A program made the translations under genes and the position numbers. Of a stretch of DNA of 64,000 nucleotides, positions 63,471 to 64,000 are shown in pieces. The first letter of the stretch is position 1. Each line of letters starts with the position of its first letter. A model generated the notes under the pieces. The model made no database searches, was not told where the DNA came from, and saw only the letters and a program-made list of their open reading frames with translations. The DNA comes from Vermamoeba vermiformis (taxonomy: Eukaryota): the NCBI GenBank assembly GCA_045837725.1, contig JBEWZL010000083.1, positions 186,001 to 250,000 on the forward strand, read 5' to 3'.

Positions 63471-64000
63471 CTATCCTCGCAAGTGGCCGTAAGAGCCAAA
63501 CTGTTCGTTCCACAGCTCAAATTCTCTCACAGACTCGGGCTTGACGGACGGTTTGATGACTTGCAAGGCCCGTTTAAAGTCATTCAGCAGCACTGGTCGG
63601 AGTTGTTCCGCAGCAATCCGCGTGATATCTCCGCGATGTTGTTGGGTCATGTCACGAATTGGAAACATGGCGGCTTCTTTCACGAGCTCACGAATATCAC
63701 TCGCGGAATAACCTTGTAATGACATGTGTCAATAATCAAGTGTCAAAGTGTCACAAATACATACCGCGTGTGTCTTGCACTATGACACTTAGGTCTTTGC
63801 TGGACAGATTGACGGAGATATCTTTGAGATTTTTCAAGATCATTTGTGATCGCGCATTCTCTTCGGGCAATGGAATGTAGATCCGCTTCGGCTGTAATAA
63901 AACAGGTCAATACAAGCGTCGATATTATTAATACAATGTCCTTGCCATTCGTCGTCGCATGGCCTCATCGAGGTCGTCAGGTCTGTTCGTGGCACCCAAC
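63471..64000 (-). CDS. Spastin/fidgetin/katanin-family AAA ATPase, 3' end (partial)
   Basis: VGATNRPDDLDEAMRRR, KRIYIPLP, GYSASDIRELVKEAA and Vps4_C-like KPSV..WNEQFGS. Confidence 0.9.

Overview
Compact, intron-rich eukaryotic DNA containing about 25 protein-coding genes. Introns are short, mostly GT-AG, and the standard genetic code is used. Gene content (Clu-domain protein, RhoGEF, CH-domain protein, Crinkler-type protein, bacterial-like VIT/DUF2135 and IPT/kelch proteins) suggests a free-living amoeba or similar protist; the species cannot be fixed from sequence alone. I could not support any rRNA, tRNA, CRISPR array or intact transposon. Gene models were spliced by eye, so ends are approximate. 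Strongest signals: (1) a STAND-NTPase/TPR (NPHP3/NLR-like) gene whose small 5' exons encode repeated histone H3-tail mimics with the K14 position changed to M/I/L, plus a hidden exon with a perfect RNA polymerase II CTD heptad, suggesting an integrated-decoy sensor; (2) a bacterial-type VIT-DUF2135 protein with about 20 CTD-like heptads and a bipartite NLS; (3) a strongly over-represented 12-bp palindrome TGACAssTGTCA, often at intron branch points; (4) a CpG-depleted, frameshifted Crinkler-like NTPase-nuclease locus; (5) a tandem pair of Cys-less pentameric ligand-gated ion channel genes.
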